A model generated the notes under the pieces. The model worked only from the letters and a program-made list of their open reading frames with translations. It had not been told where the DNA came from and made no database searches. Both the position numbers and the translations under genes were made by a program. Source: an uncultured Patescibacteria group bacterium (GTDB taxonomy: Bacteria; Patescibacteriota; Microgenomatia; UBA1400; PJMF01). From it: a stretch of DNA of 64,000 nt. Below are positions 57,682 to 64,000 of the stretch, one piece after another. Within the stretch, counting starts at the first letter, position 1. The number at the start of each line of letters is the position of its first letter. The DNA lies in assembly GCA_905478415.1 (NCBI GenBank), contig CAJQIG010000002.1:5573-69572 (forward strand), given 5' to 3'.

Positions 57682-58608
57682 TTAATTTCTGGAAATGTTT
57701 TTTGAAGGGTCGTAGTGAAGACCACCGGGGTTTTGGTTCTTTTTTCTCAACCCTGATTTTTTCTTTTTCTTAAGCGGAATTCCCTGTTTTTGTTTCTCGA
57801 CAGAAATTTCAACTTCTTTGTGCTGGTGCTTTTGCTGATGGGTAACTGGATCTGATTTAGATACTTTTACTGGTTGTGCTGGTCTAATTCGACGTGCTCC
57901 CATTCTCATCAACTGAGCAACTGCCTCAAAGGTAATAGCCGTGGCACTCAAAGACCGCATGTACTCTGTCTCTACATCAATAGCAGAAAGTAAGTTAGTG
58001 GCACTTTCAGTAGAAAATGAGATGCCCATACTATTGAGTAACACCAGTAAACACTCACTAATAGTCGAGTATCCAACCGAGTTTATATTTAGATTTCCGA
58101 GTTGAGAACCATTCTTTGAGAACGAAATTTTAGGAGTTTTTTCAAAAAGATCTTCATAGCCAAAGTATAGCTGTTCAAGCGATTCGAGTGAGTTTACTCC
58201 CACTAGTAAGAGTAAATCGCTTTCTGCTCCTGTATAAGAAAAATCAATCTGCTTATAATCGAGAGGTGTTACTCCTTTTTTGGGTTTAATAGTCAGGTAA
58301 AAACGACCTGTCTCTTCACCAATGTGAGAAACAACTTTATCGATTTTTGACTCATCATAATCGAAACTTAACAATAAATTTTGATTTCCAATTTCAGTCG
58401 CCACTTGATCTAAACCTGAAATAACTGATTGTGAAAGTTTTCGAGGAGCCAACAACTGTACTTCTTTACCTTCAGCTTGCATAACTTGTAGCAACGTTGA
58501 AACTGCAGCCAAGACATCAATGCTCGCATCTGGACCACAAATAATGGTAACTGTTTGCGCTTGTTCAAAGTAATTCCGAGCAGTTGAAAGTTGTGCTTGA
58601 TCTAACAT
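57682..58608 (-). CDS. DHH/NrnA-like protein with degenerate catalytic motifs
   Basis: Overall layout resembles DHH phosphoesterases (SDLLLLVGV, STISE, ATNLLSAI...T) but has no DxD or DHH motif. Confidence 0.6.
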   Translation of the reverse strand: MLDQAQLSTARNYFEQAQTVTIICGPDASIDVLAAVSTLLQVMQAEGKEVQLLAPRKLSQSVISGLDQVATEIGNQNLLLSFDYDESKIDKVVSHIGEETGRFYLTIKPKKGVTPLDYKQIDFSYTGAESDLLLLVGVNSLESLEQLYFGYEDLFEKTPKISFSKNGSQLGNLNINSVGYSTISECLLVLLNSMGISFSTESATNLLSAIDVETEYMRSLSATAITFEAVAQLMRMGARRIRPAQPVKVSKSDPVTHQQKHQHKEVEISVEKQKQGIPLKKKKKSGLRKKNQNPGGLHYDPSKNISRN

Positions 58609-58696
58609 ATGCTCATTCTACTATACCAAACTAGATCTTTCCACACCACGATTAAGCGTGTTACTTTTGTCAAAATTCTTGATATAATAACTCCAT

Positions 58697-60310
58697 ATGG
58701 CTAAGCGAGCTCTCTTGATGCTAGCAGTACTGTTTGTGTTCCTTTTCGGGGGCCGAGCTTCTGTCGCACATGCTCAAGGAGCACCAGCAGAAAGTCCTTT
58801 TAGTCCGCAATACGACGCCAACCTCATTGATTCTTACCGAGAAGCTATCACTAACTGTGGAACTCCTTCTTTAGAATGTCTTGTTCACCACGTCTTTAAG
58901 TATGTACAAATTGAAACAGCTGGCACCGTCTACCAAGGAACTCCTCCAAGCAGTGCCGGGGCCCAATCTGCTGAAGCTCCAGCAACTAATAGTGTTGCTG
59001 GCGGCCTGATGTACTTAATCGGCCAAATGTATGCTTCACCTCCAGCCAGTACTGCCACCTATGTAGCTGATGTTATGAACAGCGCTCACATTGCTACCCC
59101 AGCCTATGCACAAGGACTTGGGTTTGCCGCCCTAGATCCCATTTTAGCTCTCTGGAAAACATTTAGAAATATCGCGTACCTCTTCTTTGTGATTATCTTT
59201 ATTGTCATTGGTTTCATGATTATGTTCCGGAATAAGGTTAACGGGGCTGATATTACGGCGCAACAAGCAATCCCAAGTATCATTGTTTCGCTTATCTTTG
59301 TTACGTTTTCATACGCTATTGCCGGATTTATGATCGACCTGATGTATTTAACAATGTTCCTTATGGTGGGACTGTTCGACACAACCATGACCAATGGTGG
59401 TCAAATTATTGATTACAACATTCTCCAGATTGGAGCCATGCTCTTTAGCGGAGTGGGAACATCCTTTAGTAATAACATTGATATCGTCACTAACATGTTA
59501 GCAGGGTTAGTCAGCGCCGAAAACTTTGGAACTGATCTGTTGGGTGTAATCGGTGGCGTTACTCTTTCGTTAGTGTTAGCTGTAGCTGTTATTATTGGAA
59601 CCTTTAAACTTTTCTTCGAACTCCTGAAAAGTTATGCCAATGTAATTGTCAGTACCGTTATCGCCCCAATTACCCTAATGATGGGTGCTATCCCTGGTAA
59701 AAACGTCTTCACTCCTTGGGTCCGAAACTTAGCAGGGAACCTGGCAGCCTTCCCCGCCGTTCTCTTCGTCGTCATTTTATATAACCAGTTTACAGAACTT
59801 GGCAGTGGAACAAATGGTGGCTTTATGCCTCCTTTTTTACTTGGCCGAGGCCAAGATGGCGCTATTGCTTCCTTAATGGGATTAGCCCTAATTTTAGCTT
59901 TGCCAGAAATTGTGAAAGAGATTAAAACTGCCGTTGGCGCTACTGAGGGTATTGGAACGAAGATTTGGGGATGGGCTTCAGCTCGAGCTAAAGAATCTCC
60001 AAGATATGGATTCCCTGTCTATGGTGCTGCAGCTGGGGGAGCCTATGGAGCTGCAAAAGGATTTATGCAAGGAGATGGCCTTACAGATCGATTATCAAAA
60101 GCGGGAGCTGGAATGAAAAGCCATGGTAGAAGAGGTTTCACCAAGGGACAAGATGCTGCTAAACAAACAGAACAAATCATGGAAGGAAAATTCTTTGACC
60201 CTAATAGCTGGGAGAATGCTCTTTTGAAACGAGAGCGAGCAGCTCAAGAAAAGGAAAGAGCAGAAGAACTACTCAAGAAAAAGCAAAATAAAGATAAAGA
60301 CCCAGGCTAG
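58697..60310 (+). CDS. Polytopic membrane protein, VirB6/TrbL-like
   Basis: Signal peptide, LWKTFRNIA, many TM helices, APITLMMGAIPG...W, Gly/Ala-rich cytoplasmic tail. Confidence 0.6.
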   Translation: MAKRALLMLAVLFVFLFGGRASVAHAQGAPAESPFSPQYDANLIDSYREAITNCGTPSLECLVHHVFKYVQIETAGTVYQGTPPSSAGAQSAEAPATNSVAGGLMYLIGQMYASPPASTATYVADVMNSAHIATPAYAQGLGFAALDPILALWKTFRNIAYLFFVIIFIVIGFMIMFRNKVNGADITAQQAIPSIIVSLIFVTFSYAIAGFMIDLMYLTMFLMVGLFDTTMTNGGQIIDYNILQIGAMLFSGVGTSFSNNIDIVTNMLAGLVSAENFGTDLLGVIGGVTLSLVLAVAVIIGTFKLFFELLKSYANVIVSTVIAPITLMMGAIPGKNVFTPWVRNLAGNLAAFPAVLFVVILYNQFTELGSGTNGGFMPPFLLGRGQDGAIASLMGLALILALPEIVKEIKTAVGATEGIGTKIWGWASARAKESPRYGFPVYGAAAGGAYGAAKGFMQGDGLTDRLSKAGAGMKSHGRRGFTKGQDAAKQTEQIMEGKFFDPNSWENALLKRERAAQEKERAEELLKKKQNKDKDPG

Positions 60311-60397
60311 TTATTAGCACTAGGTATTTTCACACTACTATAGAAAATATATTGATATTATTATTTTTTTGAACAAGAAATTGTAAAAAAGCAGGAT

Positions 60398-63300
60398 CTA
60401 GCTACCCTTAGTAGTATCTCTATCAACGTGCTTATACTCCCAAGGAGCTCTGACTCCTACTTGAGCACCATCAAGCTTTTTACCTACTCCACCAGGAAGA
60501 ATTCTTGCAACCTTGACTCCAGGTCTTTTTGATGCAGCTGTCTTAAACAAGTACAACTTCTTTTTATATGCTGCTTCAAGCAACAATCTTTTTTTATCAA
60601 TCATTGAACTAATTCTCTTGTCTGGCAATCCTTTAAATGACTCTAAATCAATATATTCTTCTGTGTTTTCAGGGTTGTCTTCATCAGGTTCTGCAATCTC
60701 TGCATACTTAAAAACCTTATCAATGGAGGCTTGGTCCCATTCTAGATAGAGAAGAACTTGTTCTTTAACAAACTTTGGAACACCACCAGCTCCCAATAGT
60801 TCCTTAACAAATTCTCTTCTTAATTCATCCACTTCCCACTTATCATCGCTTGCTGTAAATGAGTTCATTAAACGATATATTTTTCGCATAGTCATAGGTG
60901 CAAATAAAAGTTGGTGTTTCCCTGGAATAAGTTTTGCTTTTCCAACTACCGAAGAAAGCCAGCCTCTAAAGTCTTCAATTAAAACTTCTTTATCATGCTC
61001 CCACTCGGGTTTTTCTCTAAATGTTGAGAACATCTTATCTGTAGCTTTAAAGGAAAGTTTATATTGACCTTGGTCAATTTGAGATAGTTTTTTTATTCCT
61101 AAGTCATCATATTTTTTACCATAGCCCATGTTTATAAAGTGTTTGGCGAATTCAGCTTTTTGAGCTTCAGTTGCATTTGGATTATCTTCTTCAAATTTTC
61201 TTTTAGCATCTTCAACTCGAATAATATTAACAGACACTTCCCCTGGCATTGGCAACCAATTTTCATTTACATTTAATGAGTCATCATCCCAACGACCACC
61301 ATCCCCCATTGTTCCTGCGGTCGTCATCCTTCTAACATCTGTTACCCACTTGGGAATCTCTCCCCATTTAGCTTTTCTATAACTTTCAACAACTTCCCAT
61401 AATTCTCTCGTTCCATCTCTCTTCTGTCTATGATCAATTAATGAAGTAGCTGTATGCTCATCCATAAACAATAAGTCTTCGGCTGTGGCATTAGCTGCAA
61501 CAAATGCATATCTTATTCTGGAGTATGAGCCAGCTGCAAAAGGGGCCGCCGCAAAAAGCTCGTCACTAAAGGGTTTGTCACCAAGTAAAGCTGAAGTTCC
61601 TCCATGAGCTCTGGTTGTACCAGCAAGCAACCAGGGAACATATCCAGATGATTTAACAGCCATGTTCTGTGCATATTTCACCATTTCTCTGAGTTTATCT
61701 TCATTTAATGAATCAAATTCTATCTTTAAGTGAGCAATAAAATCACCAACTGCGTCCTCACTTAAGTGGTTATAGTCAAATTCCTCATTAAATTCTTTTT
61801 TTTCTTCCTTAGACCACTGGTCATATGGCTTTGTTCGATCATATTTTGAATCAATCTCTTCAGTAGTTGGAAGATACAGCCCAGCACGTTCTCGTTCATC
61901 CTTAGTTGCAAATTTTCCCTTAATTCTAACTAAAATATAATCATATACACGAATCATATGAGTATCAATTTCAGCCTTATTCATATCCTCATTTTCAACT
62001 TTAAGATTTTCACTTTCTTCCATGAGGATAGAATCACGTTCGGTTGCAGTTAAAACTCTCGCACCTTTTTCAGCTGTTTTGGGGTTAAGAAGTAATGCAC
62101 GAGCCATTCCCAAAAAAGAAACATATTTATCTGAAAGAGTTGGCATAATTGCATCGAAGTAGACACCAAAATCAATTTTACCTGGATCTCCAGCTACTGA
62201 TACCTCTTGAATACCAACTTGTAATCTATAAAAATTTGCTAACTTTGTATTAGCTACATCACCAATTTTATTTAAAAACTCATTTTTAAGTGAGTTAATA
62301 CGGGGGTCATGGCCAAAGATAATAGTTAATAATTCGCCCACAATTGCACGAACCTTCATTCTATTTGGATCTTCTTTTCTTGCTGGAGTTTCACTGTGAG
62401 TAATAAATCCCTGTAATCTATCAAGTATTTGATATGAAGTATCACCAAGGTCTAGAGCTCTCTTTTTTATTTGTTCTGATTTATCATTAAAGAAAGGATT
62501 TCCTTCATCAAACATTCCAAGAGCATTACAAGCATCAATAGCAGCTTGCAAATCATCAAATAATACCGTTAGCTGTTCTGAATTATAAGTGTGTCTTCTT
62601 GTTGATCGAGCGTGAGGTTCAATATCCTCTCGAGAGATCTTCTTAATTGCTTCAATTAACGGCACTATTGTAGCAACTTCAGGAATTGTTAGAAATTGTC
62701 TCGTTGCTTCTCTCTCTTGTTTGTTAGAAAAGTTATTAATTCTTTTTTCGAGTTTAATGTATCCAGAAACCAGGTTTTTTGCTTTTACTTGATACTCGGC
62801 TTCAAACACTTTTTCTTTATACAAAGGATCGAAAGCACTCTTTTTTTGATTCAATAAACGCAAGTTTTCTTCAACGTCAAATGGAAGTGTATCGTCAACT
62901 TCTGCTCTATCAAGTTCAGAAGTAATTTGTACAATTACTTGCTCTAATGCTTGTACCTCAGCAGGAGTGTTTTTTACTACTTCTAGCTTCTTTTTAAGCT
63001 CACTTGCTTTACGCTGATAGGTATCAACATAGAGTTGTTGAAGAACAAACAGATCCTCATCCTCCTGATCAAACTCCGCTTGAGCAGCAGCTATAAAACG
63101 GGTCTCTTTTTGAGACAGCTCTGTTAAAACAGTGGCAATATCTTGATATTCAACTGTTGAAGTATCAAGATCTTCGATGAAATCAACAAATGATTCTACA
63201 GCTGGAATAGCTTCTATTCTAGTAACCCAAAGTGTAGTTTTTTCTTCAAGTTCAACCTTAAATTCATCTGCTGAAATTTCCAATAGACCATGGAGCTTTT

Positions 63301-64000
63301 TATATTCTTTTTTTAGTTCTTTATCTAATGTTCGATGAAAATGAGTCTTTGCTGCTTCATAAAATTCATCTAATTCTTCGATAAGTCTTTGAGCTTGACG
63401 TTTAAAATCGGGATGATCTTGGTAATTATTTAATTGGCTAATAGCCTCATCAAGTCTAAGTACGGGAATTCTATGCTGTAATTCATGAACTCTAATTTCT
63501 AACCTTTTTAAACTTCCATCAAGAATTTCAAATTTTCTGGCGGCTTCTGGTTCATTTAGAAACAAAAATGTTGCATCGTCAAAATTTTCCCTCAAAGCTT
63601 CAACTCTTTCTAAAAGAGCTGAAATATCAGCCGCTGATTTAATTTTTGAAATATCATTGAGAATACTTCTACTTTCCAGTACGTACGAAGCATTCCAGTT
63701 TTCGAATGAGCTTTCTTCAGCTGTTTCTTCTTGAGTTTCTTCTTCTATATGAGATGCGATACTTTTTTCTGCTTCAATAAGTGCATTCTCAAAAAGGGCC
63801 TTACCACTTGCGGGTATTGAGATCTTTGCTTCTTCAAGTTCTTCAAGGCTACCACTCATAACTGCGGCTTGAATATCATCCCAAAGACCCAAAATAAAGT
63901 CTTTACCATCAATAATGCTCTGAAGCGTGCGAATTTTAGTTGTATAAGCTTCGAGATTTTTAAACTTTTCTAATGCAAGTTCTACGGCTTGTCGGTCGGA
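60398..64000 (-). CDS. Large acidic, helical hypothetical protein (start lies beyond the window)
   Basis: Reading frame stays open from 60398 to the window end; Glu/Lys-rich, no recognised motif. Confidence 0.75.
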   Translation of the reverse strand, partial: SDRQAVELALEKFKNLEAYTTKIRTLQSIIDGKDFILGLWDDIQAAVMSGSLEELEEAKISIPASGKALFENALIEAEKSIASHIEEETQEETAEESSFENWNASYVLESRSILNDISKIKSAADISALLERVEALRENFDDATFLFLNEPEAARKFEILDGSLKRLEIRVHELQHRIPVLRLDEAISQLNNYQDHPDFKRQAQRLIEELDEFYEAAKTHFHRTLDKELKKEYKKLHGLLEISADEFKVELEEKTTLWVTRIEAIPAVESFVDFIEDLDTSTVEYQDIATVLTELSQKETRFIAAAQAEFDQEDEDLFVLQQLYVDTYQRKASELKKKLEVVKNTPAEVQALEQVIVQITSELDRAEVDDTLPFDVEENLRLLNQKKSAFDPLYKEKVFEAEYQVKAKNLVSGYIKLEKRINNFSNKQEREATRQFLTIPEVATIVPLIEAIKKISREDIEPHARSTRRHTYNSEQLTVLFDDLQAAIDACNALGMFDEGNPFFNDKSEQIKKRALDLGDTSYQILDRLQGFITHSETPARKEDPNRMKVRAIVGELLTIIFGHDPRINSLKNEFLNKIGDVANTKLANFYRLQVGIQEVSVAGDPGKIDFGVYFDAIMPTLSDKYVSFLGMARALLLNPKTAEKGARVLTATERDSILMEESENLKVENEDMNKAEIDTHMIRVYDYILVRIKGKFATKDERERAGLYLPTTEEIDSKYDRTKPYDQWSKEEKKEFNEEFDYNHLSEDAVGDFIAHLKIEFDSLNEDKLREMVKYAQNMAVKSSGYVPWLLAGTTRAHGGTSALLGDKPFSDELFAAAPFAAGSYSRIRYAFVAANATAEDLLFMDEHTATSLIDHRQKRDGTRELWEVVESYRKAKWGEIPKWVTDVRRMTTAGTMGDGGRWDDDSLNVNENWLPMPGEVSVNIIRVEDAKRKFEEDNPNATEAQKAEFAKHFINMGYGKKYDDLGIKKLSQIDQGQYKLSFKATDKMFSTFREKPEWEHDKEVLIEDFRGWLSSVVGKAKLIPGKHQLLFAPMTMRKIYRLMNSFTASDDKWEVDELRREFVKELLGAGGVPKFVKEQVLLYLEWDQASIDKVFKYAEIAEPDEDNPENTEEYIDLESFKGLPDKRISSMIDKKRLLLEAAYKKKLYLFKTAASKRPGVKVARILPGGVGKKLDGAQVGVRAPWEYKHVDRDTTKGS

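Noticed and set aside
17360-60310. T4SS-like genes as an integrative conjugative element or prophage
   Set aside because: Genes are interspersed with housekeeping loci; no relaxase, integrase, att sites or phage structural genes seen

Overview
Gene-dense bacterial chromosomal segment whose content points to a Candidate Phyla Radiation (Patescibacteria, Microgenomates-like) genome; this is inferred from gene content only. Housekeeping genes include pgk, a MacAB-type ABC exporter, lgt, pth, an ATP-dependent DNA ligase, nnrD and recF. Highlights: (1) eleven VirB2/TrbC-like pilin-family paralogs in two blocks (38279-40083, 49801-54266), one with its own canonical promoter, SD and terminator. They are followed by a 1.1 kaa secreted protein with a GH-A-like N-terminal and a lytic-transglycosylase-like C-terminal domain, then a VirB6-like membrane protein; a VirD4/TrwB-like ATPase lies at 17-19 kb. 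Together these look like a candidate host-contact and wall-breaching apparatus. (2) A complete mevalonate-to-undecaprenyl-PP operon with an archaeal-type upper half, headed by an ECF sigma factor and lying antisense between the pilin blocks. (3) Three tandem Cys-rich surface-protein genes, the third a mosaic of the first two joined at a Pro-Thr linker. (4) A rare tRNA-Ile with a UAU anticodon. (5) A 345-bp direct repeat with only third-codon-position differences flanking an orphan gene. (6) Many -10 boxes 6-8 nt before start codons, indicating leaderless transcripts. No CRISPR array, rRNA, integrase or transposase was seen. All calls come from reading motifs by eye, without database searches.
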